From a bacterium (GTDB lineage Bacteria; JAMCPX01), in the NCBI GenBank assembly GCA_021792615.1, contig JAJYUJ010000008.1:11900-75899 (forward strand): DNA of 64,000 bases, in the 5' to 3' direction. The notes beneath the pieces are model-generated. The model had not been told where the DNA came from. It saw nothing but the letters and a program-made list of their open reading frames with translations, and did not search any database. The number at the start of each line of letters is the position of its first letter. Position 1 is the stretch's first letter. The translations under genes were made by a program, and so were the position numbers. Below are positions 16,114-26,054 of the stretch, one piece after another.

Positions 16114-18999
16114 TTAGTATATACCACTCGGGAAAATTAGATTTATGCATGAGTTGTTTTGGTTATTTTCTATGCTTGATAAGAATATTTCGTCAAGCTT
16201 AGAAGGAGCATACTTAAACTCTCCATAATGATAAAACGCAGGACCTCCTTTACTAGGTGAATGTGGGACAAGAATAGGCTGGGAAATGGTGCCCTTGTTG
16301 TCCGTAGGACATAATGATTGTGGAAGAGTTTGAGATGCCATATAACCATATTCTTTTAGTGGCCCTATGACTGCATTGCTTATCTTTATTGCATTGGCTT
16401 TCATATTACTTGCAATTAGTGGATTCAATATAGCTTGTGAAAAGAATCCTTCGCATGCGCTATATAAATCAGTAGGGAGAGTGGGATCTACCACTATTGC
16501 TGCGGAACCTACTGCTGCTGATATTGCGGTGCATAGACCGTCTATTTGTTCTTGAGGAATCTTAACGGCTTGAACGGCAGCGTCTACAGAATCTGTAGAA
16601 AAATCTAATATATTACTTGTTGTGATATACGGCTCTAATTTAAGCGTCAGCCATGGCACATCAATCTCGGGAGTCATATTCCAAACTGGTCCATCAGACC
16701 ATCCAGCTTTGCATTGGGGATATCCTTGGCTCCAATCAACGGAGTAACACGGATTTTTCCACCAAGTTTTAATATACATGCTGACATTTATTTGTCTTGC
16801 TATTAAAGATATAGTTATACTTCCGTTATTGTTTGTAGTAATAATGGGGGAGCTGGAATTATCTAATGTGGCGGAGTCGATGATTATATTACCCTTTATC
16901 TGTACTCCAGCCTTAAAAGTATTAGTGGGATCTGGTTTTGCATTATTAGCATTACCTATTGTTGGGATAGTAGTATAAGCTGCCTTCTCCAGTTCTGTAA
17001 ATGGAACAAACCCACCATTGTAATAAGTTTGGCAACCACTATTGATGGTCGTTCCATTGAAGGTATAAACAACCTTCGGATCCCCCTTGGGACAGAGATA
17101 ATAACCCGGAACGAATGTCGATGGCCTGCATGACGGATCCACTTTTATTGAACATTCATAATCAAGTGGATCAATTAAATCAGGTGCACAATTTGGATTT
17201 ACCCATGTAGCTGTTGTAAATTCTTGATTACAATAATAAGTCTGGTTATCTGTGGTAGTTTGACCATGGGTATAATCATAATAAAGCTGAAGTATAACAG
17301 CTATGGCGTTATTCAGATTATTATCATTGATTTTTTGTTCCGCTTGATATAGAGGATTACTTGGGGACAACTCATAGGTGCCATTATCTTCCGTTATATC
17401 CTTAACCATTGAAGGGCATATCTGTCCTCCAATACTGTAATTGCCATTATTACACAATGGTAACAGAGTACTTAGAAGAGTGTTCAATAAGGACATGGGA
17501 CCCATATTTCCTATAAGAAGTTGGCATGGTTGATCCATGATACAGTTTTTATCATTGCTGCAATCGGAATAATTTTCGCAAAGGAATGGTACTACCTTAT
17601 TTGTTGGCTGGTAGTTGACTGTAATGAAATCGGTTCCTCTGTTTGTTCCCGCTGTGTTATAACCCGTTGCCACCAGTGTTTGTATACCAGGTTTTGTAAA
17701 TGGCACTACGCCACTCGTCGAGAAATTTATACCAGATGTCCCTGTGCTTGTAGTAGCACTGGTTGCAAGTATATTATTAGAAGGAGAAGTAATTGTTACA
17801 CTTGCAATATCAGAAGTAGCATCACCATATAAGCTAAACGGTGCGGTTATCGTGGGTATGTTCACATTGTCGCTTTGAGGATTGTCTATACGAATAGGCG
17901 ATGTGTGAAATGTCGTTACCTGGTCAGCTATACTATAATTGCTGCTCTCCAATGGGTTGGCAGATAAATCCTGATTACCTGCGAGCCCAGTAGGCATATT
18001 ACATTTTACCGTGGGATAAGTAAGCTTATACACTGTATCAATATCAAACCCATTTGCAGACGCTATTGTATAGCTGAATGGTTCATATGCTGGCCATTGA
18101 TTGTCCACGGTTAAGAATGTTGAAAATGTAGTATTCCAATTACCAAGCATAACATTACTATATCCTGCGTATTGACTACCGTCGACAGGAGAAAAATTCC
18201 CGCTGCTATCTTTCTTTTCAAATGCAAATTCTACAGGAGAATATAAGGTGCGTGAGAAATTCGTTGTAAACGGATAGTGTGGTGGGACGTTCATATAATC
18301 TGCATCTGGTAATGGTGCTAGTCCCATAGAACCTCCATTACCAGCTAACCAGTTCAAGAACAAGAAGAAATCGACTATACCTCCGGCAACAAGTACTTGA
18401 GCTCCAGACACAGCTCCAAACTCATTACCGTATTCGTATGATTTTACAGTCACTGGTGCACCATACTGCTGAACCGCTTCGAAAGTGTAGATGGTATTTA
18501 CCAGGGCATTGGGATTGTTTTCCAAGGAAATACCAGATTGGGTTTGTAGACCTCCATTATAGTTTACAAAAAAGTCAGCTTGTTCATACCATGCAATCTG
18601 CTGAAGATTTATCCATAAAGTAAGTTCCGTTCCTGTCGAATCAAATGAGCTATGCGTAAAATTAAGCCCAGTGACTATCCCTGCGCTGGGAAGTATTTCG
18701 ATTCCATTCATAACGAATGTTCCGGGTGCATATGTAGCCGTATTTATGGGGGAAATAAAATCTATTATTAACGCAAGTTGATTTGTAGGCTGAATCAATC
18801 TACCGCATTGTGGATATAGATGAACATCTTTTATATAATTCGCCATAAAGGCGGTATTCGGGGGTAAAGTCGTTGGAGTACAAGAGCCACCTCCACTATT
18901 AAAACTACAACCACCTCCAAATGTATTATTACACTGGACAGACGACATAATGAGTATGAACAAAACACCTATTGATAAGAGTAGATATGATCCCTTCAT
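16114..18999 (-). CDS. Giant secreted Asn/Thr/Ser/Gly/Cys-rich protein of unknown function; putative surface or adhesin-like protein
   Basis: 961 aa with an N-terminal signal (MKGSYLLLSIGVLFILIMSSVQC). Many NxT/S sequons, paired Cys clusters (CENYSDCSNDKNC, CNQEFTTATWVNPNC) and no recognisable catalytic domain. Low GC; operonic with the neighbouring secreted proteins. Confidence 0.7.
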   Translation of the reverse strand: MKGSYLLLSIGVLFILIMSSVQCNNTFGGGCSFNSGGGSCTPTTLPPNTAFMANYIKDVHLYPQCGRLIQPTNQLALIIDFISPINTATYAPGTFVMNGIEILPSAGIVTGLNFTHSSFDSTGTELTLWINLQQIAWYEQADFFVNYNGGLQTQSGISLENNPNALVNTIYTFEAVQQYGAPVTVKSYEYGNEFGAVSGAQVLVAGGIVDFFLFLNWLAGNGGSMGLAPLPDADYMNVPPHYPFTTNFSRTLYSPVEFAFEKKDSSGNFSPVDGSQYAGYSNVMLGNWNTTFSTFLTVDNQWPAYEPFSYTIASANGFDIDTVYKLTYPTVKCNMPTGLAGNQDLSANPLESSNYSIADQVTTFHTSPIRIDNPQSDNVNIPTITAPFSLYGDATSDIASVTITSPSNNILATSATTSTGTSGINFSTSGVVPFTKPGIQTLVATGYNTAGTNRGTDFITVNYQPTNKVVPFLCENYSDCSNDKNCIMDQPCQLLIGNMGPMSLLNTLLSTLLPLCNNGNYSIGGQICPSMVKDITEDNGTYELSPSNPLYQAEQKINDNNLNNAIAVILQLYYDYTHGQTTTDNQTYYCNQEFTTATWVNPNCAPDLIDPLDYECSIKVDPSCRPSTFVPGYYLCPKGDPKVVYTFNGTTINSGCQTYYNGGFVPFTELEKAAYTTIPTIGNANNAKPDPTNTFKAGVQIKGNIIIDSATLDNSSSPIITTNNNGSITISLIARQINVSMYIKTWWKNPCYSVDWSQGYPQCKAGWSDGPVWNMTPEIDVPWLTLKLEPYITTSNILDFSTDSVDAAVQAVKIPQEQIDGLCTAISAAVGSAAIVVDPTLPTDLYSACEGFFSQAILNPLIASNMKANAIKISNAVIGPLKEYGYMASQTLPQSLCPTDNKGTISQPILVPHSPSKGGPAFYHYGEFKYAPSKLDEIFLSSIENNQNNSCINLIFPSGIY

Positions 19000-19010
19000 A
19001 AGTACCTCCC

Positions 19011-19886
19011 TTAGTATGTGTTTGGTATCAATTGCTTTATGTAGCCCATTGCGTTGTTAAGCATCTCATTCGTTATGTAAGATGGTGGATCCTGGTTGGA
19101 TAATGCAATCTTTGCCTTTGTCTGGGGCGTTGATTGCGTAAAGGATTCTATCTGAGAAAGCGATCTCGCAGATGCGAGCGCTGTCAGTGAATTATTGTTG
19201 GGATTGTTAATAATTGATTGTAGAACAGGTTCCAATGCTTTATTGTACGTGTTCCCGCTTGATTCTGCACAGGCAGCTTGGAGAAGATCGGGCTGACTTG
19301 AATCAAGACAATATTCAAATGTCTTTATAATCTTATGAAGATAATGACTGCTGCCCTCTTCATTATTATCATCTCCATCATTACATCTTTCGGAAGAATT
19401 ATCACGGTTATTTAAAACAATATAATGAGCTAATTGGCCAAGCGTAATCGCTGCCTCTATCCTCAAACTGAGTTCAAACTTGTAAGCGCTCGGGGTAGCT
19501 GAAGCGTTACACGCATTTGAGAACTTATTAAAAATGCTCGAATCATCATCTATCTTCTGCGTTACAATGGTACTTGTGCCTTTTATCGTCTCGTAAAGCT
19601 TGCCTTCATATGCAACATCCAACGCCTTCGAAACGACCTGCTGTGCATGGGTTTGTGGATGCTCTAAGATTTCTTCTGCCGCTCCATAACGCTCATGCTT
19701 TTTATCACTGTTCAATCGGTTAAGTAAATCTTGTTCTCTGTTGCTAAACCAGGAAATAAACGATTGGCACTGAGGTGAAATGGTGGTATTGTTTTGTCCT
19801 GATCGATCGTCGTCGCTGAATGCTGAATTTAATACAAATCCTAGGAACAAGGATATTACACTTAGAAACAAAAGAATTCTTTTCAT
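19011..19886 (-). CDS. Secreted/lipoprotein-like protein with HEAT/PBS-lyase-like repeats, unknown function
   Basis: 291 aa with a signal peptide. Helical repeats such as EAAITLGQLA. It is the first gene of the four-gene low-GC operon. Confidence 0.55.
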   Translation of the reverse strand: MKRILLFLSVISLFLGFVLNSAFSDDDRSGQNNTTISPQCQSFISWFSNREQDLLNRLNSDKKHERYGAAEEILEHPQTHAQQVVSKALDVAYEGKLYETIKGTSTIVTQKIDDDSSIFNKFSNACNASATPSAYKFELSLRIEAAITLGQLAHYIVLNNRDNSSERCNDGDDNNEEGSSHYLHKIIKTFEYCLDSSQPDLLQAACAESSGNTYNKALEPVLQSIINNPNNNSLTALASARSLSQIESFTQSTPQTKAKIALSNQDPPSYITNEMLNNAMGYIKQLIPNTY

Positions 19887-19904
19887 ACAAAGCCCTCCTT
19901 CTCA

Positions 19905-19938
19905 ACCGTCTATATTTGAAACCCTCTATCGGGTTTCA
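19905..19938. promoter_or_regulatory. Perfect 14-bp inverted repeat (TATATTTGAAACCC-tctatc-GGGTTTCAAATATA), 15-50 nt upstream of the island operon start codon; candidate operator or 5'UTR hairpin
   Basis: Read directly from the sequence. It sits between the putative promoter region and the RBS of the 19886 gene. Confidence 0.5.
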
Positions 19939-20322
19939 AATATACTAAAACAAATCTGCTTTTAAAGGTGAACTAAGTTGTTTCTACATTCGTGATTAAT
20001 CTTAGATAAATCAGAAATACTTATAGTTGTCAAGAGTCTAGTTTTCGATCAAAGCTGTAGTCGATAATGTAAAGTAGGTGCACGAAGATCCTCGAAGCCC
20101 AGCGGCTTCTCTACACCGTTCAAAAAACGTCCCTTTTTGGAACGCTTATTTTAAATCTCGGTTTCAGAGGGAAGCGTTTACCCTGTTTTGATACCCCTTT
20201 TTTGGACACCAAAAAGAGCTTATCAAGCATGCGGTCATCCGCGATAATAAACGAATGTATCTTGTCCAGGGGTTGTTGTAGAGAACGTACGAATAAGACA
20301 GAAGAAACCGATCGTTTATTGC

Positions 20323-20817
20323 TCAGGGCTGTTTCTTTGATTTGCCTGAAAACAGCAGGTCGATGGCGAGCAGGATTGCTCCGACGGTGATCGCACTGTC
20401 CGCTACGTTGAACGCAGGCCAGTGCGTGTTTTTTACAAACACATCTATAAAATCCACAACGTAACCGAGCCGTATCCGATCGATAACATTTCCAACCGCA
20501 CCGCCCATGATCATGGATAATGCGATCATGGACAATCCGGTCATGTCCTTCGAAAACAGATATACAAAAAACAGTACAATAAAAACGGCTACCGACAGCA
20601 CCGTAAGCATCGTTGTCCGGAATATACACTGGCCGTTGTTGAACATACCGAAAGCAACCCCCCGGTTATAGACACTGACGAGATCAAGGAAACCCGGGAC
20701 GATAACAACCTGCCGGGTAAGGTAATGGACCACAAGGTATTTTGACACCTGATCCAGCAGCACGATAACAGCGGCTATCAGAACGAGGGTCGTCAGCCTC
20801 TGCTTTAAGGGTATCAT
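20323..20817 (-). CDS. lspA: Lipoprotein signal peptidase II
   Basis: MIPLKQRLTTLVLIAAVIVLLDQVSKYLVV...NRGVAFGMF...FNVADSAI. The start overlaps the ileS stop. The tracked ORF 20323..20907 is N-terminally over-extended. Confidence 0.9.
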   Translation of the reverse strand: MIPLKQRLTTLVLIAAVIVLLDQVSKYLVVHYLTRQVVIVPGFLDLVSVYNRGVAFGMFNNGQCIFRTTMLTVLSVAVFIVLFFVYLFSKDMTGLSMIALSMIMGGAVGNVIDRIRLGYVVDFIDVFVKNTHWPAFNVADSAITVGAILLAIDLLFSGKSKKQP

Positions 20818-23612
20818 CAACGGACCGCCTCGACACATCGTGTGCACAGCGTCGGATGCTGCGCGTCCTGACCCACCGAATCCGAATAATTCCAGCACCG
20901 TTCGCATTTTTGCCCGTGCGCCTTTTGAATCTGCACGTTCAGGACATCTGTTCCCTGTTTTACTTCTACCTGGGAAACGATAAAAAGCTCGGTCAGGGTA
21001 TTTTTATATTTTTCCAGCAATGCCTTATCCTCTTTTCCGGCCTCAATGACAACCATCGTTTCCAGCGAAGAACCAATGGTCTTGTTTGCACGCTGTATCT
21101 CGATAGCCTTGTTGACCTCGTCCCGTATGAGTCTCAGCCTGCCGTAGTCCTGATATACCGTCGTGTCCGTTTCCGGGAATACCCGGTGCCGGGCACTATC
21201 CGTTAAAAATATACTTTCTGTCCCTTTGTCCGGCATATATCGCCATACTTCTTCCGCCGTAAACGACAAGACCGGCGCAAGCATGGTAACAAGTGAAACA
21301 AGAATATCATACAGCACGGTCTGTCCGGAGCGCCGTGCTGTTGAAGTAGCTTTTGAAACATACAATCTGTCCTTGAGAATATCCAGATAGAAAGAACTCA
21401 GATCGACGATACAGAAATCGAGGATTGCATGATAAACGATATGGAAATCATACTCACGATAAGCCCGGTCTATTCGTTTGACAAGCTCCGCGGTCTTATA
21501 CAGCATATAACGATCGACCGCCTGCATATCCGCATATGCCGTCCGTCCTTGCGCAGGATCGAAATCATACAGGTTCCCCAATATGAATTTTATGGTATTC
21601 CGGATCTTTCGGTACGCCTCTTTCAATCGTTCCAGGATTTCCTTTGAAACACTGACGTCGCCTCTGAAATCCTCTGCGGAAACCCACAATCTCAGTACAT
21701 CCGCGCCATACTTATCAATGACCTCCTGCGGTGCAACGACGTTGCCGAGCTGTTTGCTCATTTTTCTGCCCTTCTCGTCCACAACAAATCCATGGGTGAG
21801 TACGGCCCTGTACGGTACGCCGTGTCCCGCCGTCAGGGATGTAAGCAGTGTCGATTGGAACCATCCCCTATGTTGATCGCTGCCCTCGAGATAAAGGTCC
21901 GCAGGCCAGACAAGATTATCGGTATGTTTGAGCACCACCGCATGACTAACCCCGGAGTCGAACCACACGTCCAGAATATTTTCTTCCTTCTCAAAACTTT
22001 TTCCGCCGCACTTCGGGCATGCATAGTCCGCCGGTATGAAGTCTCCGGCATCTTTTTCGAACCACGCATCAGCTCCTTTATCTTTAAACAGTTGAGAAAC
22101 GCGCAAAGCAATATCCGGGTCCGCTACACTCTGCCCGCATCCCTTGCAGTAGAACACCGGGATCGGCACACCCCATACGCGCTGCCGGGATATACACCAA
22201 TCCGGTCTTGTTTCGAGCATGCCCTGAATCCTGTCTTTGCCCCATGAAGGTATCCACGCAACGCTATCTATTGCCTTCAACGCTTCTTTTCTCAGGTCGT
22301 GCTTTTCAACGGAGATAAACCATTGTTCCGTGGCCCTCGTTATAACGGGCTTTTTGCACCGCCAGCAGTGCGGATATGCATGAGGGTAGTCCTGCTGTTT
22401 TAACAGTGCACCATTTTCCTTGAGCTTTTCTATAATCTCTTTATTCGCATCGAATACGAACTTGCCGGCAAAAAACTCCACCTCGTTCATGAATTTGCCA
22501 TACCTGTCCACCGGTGAATAGACCTCAAGCCCGTACCGCTCTCCGGTCTTATAGTCATCTGCGCCGTGTCCCGGTGCAGTATGAACGCAACCCGTACCGA
22601 TATCCGTTGTAACGTAATCCCCGAGCGTAATAAGAGAGTCCCTGTTATAAAAGGGATGTGACGCAATAATGCCTTCAAGCGTTTCGCCCTTAAAAATCCC
22701 TTTTACCTGCCCTTCTTTCCACCCCGGCAATATTTCCTTAAGACTCGCCAACAGCGGTTGGGCAACAATATAAATATACTCTATTGGTTGTGACGGTACT
22801 CCCGGTACAAAAGAAACATCTGTTTTGACTTCGAAAGCAACGTACTCCAGTTCCGGGTGTACGGTAATGGCAAGGTTGGCTGGAAGTGTCCATGGTGTTG
22901 TCGTCCATATGACAAAATAAACATTTTTGCCCCTCAATGATGCCGGCAGCTTTCCTTTGTCGTCCTTGACCTTGAACCGGACATAGACAGAGGGAGAGAC
23001 ATGGTTTTCGTATTCGACTTCAGCCTCTGCAAGCGCGGTAGCGTCGTGAGCGCACCAGTAAACAGGCTTTTTGCCTTTATACACATAGCCGTTGCGCATG
23101 ATCTTCGACAGCTCTTCGACGATCGCCGCTTCATAGCCGTAATTCATGGTGAGGTAAGGCGCTTCCCACCTGCCGAGAACCCCGAGCCGCATAAACTCCT
23201 GCCGCTGTATATCGACAAACTGCTGTGCAAATTTTCTGCATTCCCGGCGTATCTCGAGTTTCGACATCCCCTGTTTTTTCTGTCCCAGAGACTTATCGAC
23301 ATTATGTTCAATGGGCAAACCATGACAATCCCAGCCGGGCACGTACTCCGCTTTGAAACCGTGCATTGCTTTTTCCTTGATGATAATATCTTTCAGAATC
23401 TTGTTGAGCGCATGGCCTATGTGTATGTGTCCATTCGCATACGGAGGTCCGTCATGAAGCATAAAGGTTGCACCGGAGCTGTTTTTCCTGATGATCTTTT
23501 CATAGATGGCATTCTCCTCCCAGAACTTGAGAATATCCGGCTCTTTTTTGGGAAGGTCCGCCTTCATCGGAAAATCGGTCTTCGGTAAATTCAACGTGTT
23601 CTTGTAATCCAT
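20817..23612 (-). CDS. ileS: Isoleucine--tRNA ligase
   Basis: 931 aa with HIGH (PYANGHIHIGH) and KMSKS (KMSKQLGN) motifs and a C-terminal Zn-binding CxxC...CxxC. Confidence 0.97.
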   Translation of the reverse strand: MDYKNTLNLPKTDFPMKADLPKKEPDILKFWEENAIYEKIIRKNSSGATFMLHDGPPYANGHIHIGHALNKILKDIIIKEKAMHGFKAEYVPGWDCHGLPIEHNVDKSLGQKKQGMSKLEIRRECRKFAQQFVDIQRQEFMRLGVLGRWEAPYLTMNYGYEAAIVEELSKIMRNGYVYKGKKPVYWCAHDATALAEAEVEYENHVSPSVYVRFKVKDDKGKLPASLRGKNVYFVIWTTTPWTLPANLAITVHPELEYVAFEVKTDVSFVPGVPSQPIEYIYIVAQPLLASLKEILPGWKEGQVKGIFKGETLEGIIASHPFYNRDSLITLGDYVTTDIGTGCVHTAPGHGADDYKTGERYGLEVYSPVDRYGKFMNEVEFFAGKFVFDANKEIIEKLKENGALLKQQDYPHAYPHCWRCKKPVITRATEQWFISVEKHDLRKEALKAIDSVAWIPSWGKDRIQGMLETRPDWCISRQRVWGVPIPVFYCKGCGQSVADPDIALRVSQLFKDKGADAWFEKDAGDFIPADYACPKCGGKSFEKEENILDVWFDSGVSHAVVLKHTDNLVWPADLYLEGSDQHRGWFQSTLLTSLTAGHGVPYRAVLTHGFVVDEKGRKMSKQLGNVVAPQEVIDKYGADVLRLWVSAEDFRGDVSVSKEILERLKEAYRKIRNTIKFILGNLYDFDPAQGRTAYADMQAVDRYMLYKTAELVKRIDRAYREYDFHIVYHAILDFCIVDLSSFYLDILKDRLYVSKATSTARRSGQTVLYDILVSLVTMLAPVLSFTAEEVWRYMPDKGTESIFLTDSARHRVFPETDTTVYQDYGRLRLIRDEVNKAIEIQRANKTIGSSLETMVVIEAGKEDKALLEKYKNTLTELFIVSQVEVKQGTDVLNVQIQKAHGQKCERCWNYSDSVGQDAQHPTLCTRCVEAVR

Positions 23613-23710
23613 AATAACTTAACACTTTAAATGAATAACGAACACTCTGTCAAGCACCTACGTGCCGGTTCGTGATTTGCCAACGTATGTTCCCGGTGAA
23701 TGTGCCGCTA

Positions 23711-24112
23711 TCAGTGAGGAATATTTGTCTTTTTTTTGTCAAACATGGGCGATGAGATCAAAAAATCCGCCGTTGCCCTGTTGCAGGCCATGGGGATGTT
23801 GTACAGCACGGCAAGCCTCAGCAGAGCTTTCACGTCGACGTCGTGCGGCTGCGGTGTCAGAGGGTCCCATAAAAAAATGAGTATATCTATCTTTCCTTCT
23901 GCGATCATGGCGCCCGTTTGCGCATCCCCGCCGTGAGGCCCGCTCAGTAAAAGGTTCACCTCGAGCCCCGTATGTCTTTTTATTTCCTGTCCGGTAGACC
24001 GGGTCGCATAAACGGTGTATTCTCTGAGTGTTCCTTCATTGTATTTTACCCATTCCACAAGGTCCAGCTTTTTAGAATCATGCGCAACAAGCGCAATGAC
24101 CTTATTGTTCAT
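23711..24112 (-). CDS. mgsA: Methylglyoxal synthase
   Basis: [15 protein letters not shown]...ATRSTG...GPHGGDAQ...FLWDPL. The tracked ORF is over-extended by 15 codons. Confidence 0.9.
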   Translation of the reverse strand: MNNKVIALVAHDSKKLDLVEWVKYNEGTLREYTVYATRSTGQEIKRHTGLEVNLLLSGPHGGDAQTGAMIAEGKIDILIFLWDPLTPQPHDVDVKALLRLAVLYNIPMACNRATADFLISSPMFDKKKTNIPH

Positions 24113-24187
24113 AGAAAAAGTCTCCTTTTTTTGTTTTGTCCCGTCCCTGTCCCGCAACCCGGGAATAAAGTAACGGTTCCATGGGTC

Positions 24188-25576
24188 TTACTTGCCTATG
24201 CAGAATTCTGCAAAGATCTTATCGAGTATATCCTGCGATGTCACTTCTCCGGTAAGCTCTTTCAGTCCGACAAGCGCGCTGTCGACTTCTTCGGCGACAA
24301 TTTCCGGGAATGCCTGTTGATCGATAAGATTGATGGCTGCATTTAAGGAAAGCTCTATATGTTCCAGTGCCTGCTTATGCCGGTACCTGTTTATGACCGG
24401 CGCATTCTCGATCGAGGGCGATAGAGCGGGTCCTGAAACGCCCTGTACGAGTGACTCGACGCCTTCGCGCGTTTTAGCCGATACCGGGAATACGGAATAA
24501 TCCTCAAATGCATTTTTTGCCTGTTCAATCTGGTCTGCGGATGCAATATCCACTTTGTTTATCGCGATAATGACATTGTCCTTGTGCTCTTGTGCGATCG
24601 AGAGTTCTTCGTCGTAACGAGACGCTGCCGCCGGATCAATAACAATGATGACGATATCCGATTTTTCTACCCTGCTGCGGGTCATCTCCATACCAAGCTT
24701 TTCGATAGGCTCTTCGCTGTTCCGGATCCCCGCAGTGTCGGTAAATACGAGTTTTACGCCTTTGTGGTTGATTACTTCTTCTATATAGTCCCTCGTCGTT
24801 CCCGGATGGGGTGTAACTATGGCCCTGTTTTCTCCGACGATTGCGTTAAAAAGGCTTGATTTGCCCGCGTTGGGCCTTCCAATCAATACAACGTGTATGC
24901 CTTCCCGTATAATTTTTGCATGGTCGTAACTTTTCAATACGTGTACGACCTCATCATGCGCAGCCTGCAGTATGAACTTCAGATCGAACAATTGCTTTGG
25001 GGAAGCTTCCTCCTCCGGAAAATCTATCAGCACTTCTAAGTTTGTTTTTACCTGAACGAGCTTTTTCTTTATCGAAGAAATAAACTCGGACAGTACGCCC
25101 GAAATCTGTTTTATTGCCTGCACTCTCGCAGCGTCTGTATCCGCCCGAACAAGATCCAAAACCGCTTCCGCCTGTAACAGATCCATCTTGCCATTCAAAA
25201 ATGCCCGTCTGGTAAATTCTCCCCTGTCTGCAAGCCTTGCCCCGGCCTTCAATACTCTCTGCAAAACGGAGTTGATGACATTCGAACCTCCGTGCGTGTA
25301 TATCTCCACCATTTCCTCCCCGGTGTAGGTTTTGCCGGCTTTCATAAAAGCGATCAATACCTGATCGAGAGAAGAGGTGTTTGCCCCATTCATAACAGAA
25401 CCCCGGTACAATCTGTGGCTCTGATATTTTTTTATGGGTTTTGAAGGTAAAAATATCTCCCGGAATATTTGGTATGCCTTGTTGCCGCTCAGCCGGACTA
25501 TGCCTATGGCGCCTTCACCCTGGGCCGTGCTTATGGCAGCAATGGTGTCGGTTGTTACGATTGTATTTTTTTTCAT
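24188..25576 (-). CDS. mnmE: tRNA modification GTPase MnmE (TrmE)
   Basis: 462 aa with G-domain motifs (GRPNAGKSSL, DTAG) and the C-terminal CIGK motif. Confidence 0.95.
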   Translation of the reverse strand: MKKNTIVTTDTIAAISTAQGEGAIGIVRLSGNKAYQIFREIFLPSKPIKKYQSHRLYRGSVMNGANTSSLDQVLIAFMKAGKTYTGEEMVEIYTHGGSNVINSVLQRVLKAGARLADRGEFTRRAFLNGKMDLLQAEAVLDLVRADTDAARVQAIKQISGVLSEFISSIKKKLVQVKTNLEVLIDFPEEEASPKQLFDLKFILQAAHDEVVHVLKSYDHAKIIREGIHVVLIGRPNAGKSSLFNAIVGENRAIVTPHPGTTRDYIEEVINHKGVKLVFTDTAGIRNSEEPIEKLGMEMTRSRVEKSDIVIIVIDPAAASRYDEELSIAQEHKDNVIIAINKVDIASADQIEQAKNAFEDYSVFPVSAKTREGVESLVQGVSGPALSPSIENAPVINRYRHKQALEHIELSLNAAINLIDQQAFPEIVAEEVDSALVGLKELTGEVTSQDILDKIFAEFCIGK

Positions 25577-26054
25577 AGTACTGTTTTATTCAGTTTAATC
25601 TTTTACCGCTTGTCACGGCAACGATTATAAAACCTATTCCTATTCTGTGCATATTCATGTACAAGTGTCAATCTGACAGAGAGTATCCACTCTCAAAAAC
25701 CTTCCCGGTTTGCCGCTCAATGTTTGCTATCATCAAAAGCTTGACAAGCAGGAATTATAGCATAATATGAAGTTGTGAAAAAGACTAAATTACTTTTATA
25801 TTTCAATAAGTTAGTCAATAACAACACTTTGTGGTCAGTTTTTTACACTATACCATATATTGTTTATATTTAATGGTTTTTTTTCGCATGAAAAGCAGGG
25901 GAAAAGCACAGAAAATGAATGGTAACTATTTGTATTATATATACTTTACAGGTTTTCCACAGGTGTTGAAAAACTTGTGTGTTTCTCATGCTGGTTTGCT
26001 TTTGATCTCAACAAGTTACACTACAAGTTATATGATAATTATAAGGGGGCCTCT
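25577..26054. other. AT-rich mnmE-dnaA intergenic region; candidate oriC / dnaA promoter region
   Basis: About 480 bp at around 30% GC. DnaA-box-like 9-mers: TTTTCCACA near 25953 and GTATCCACT near 25683. There are few perfect boxes. Confidence 0.4.

Noticed and set aside
20120-20629. ORF 20120..20629 (-), 169 aa
   Set aside because: It overlaps the 3' part of lspA in another frame and extends into the AT-rich spacer. There is no homology-like signal, and lspA accounts for the region.
21163-23588. Several + strand ORFs (21792..22247, 23001..23588 and others) within ileS
   Set aside because: Antisense to ileS, which has HIGH and KMSKS motifs on the - strand.
23613-23710. Possible leader or attenuator structure upstream of ileS
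   Set aside because: Some complementary segments exist, but I could not define a convincing terminator/antiterminator pair or a T-box specifier. This is most likely just the mgsA 3' end plus the ileS promoter.
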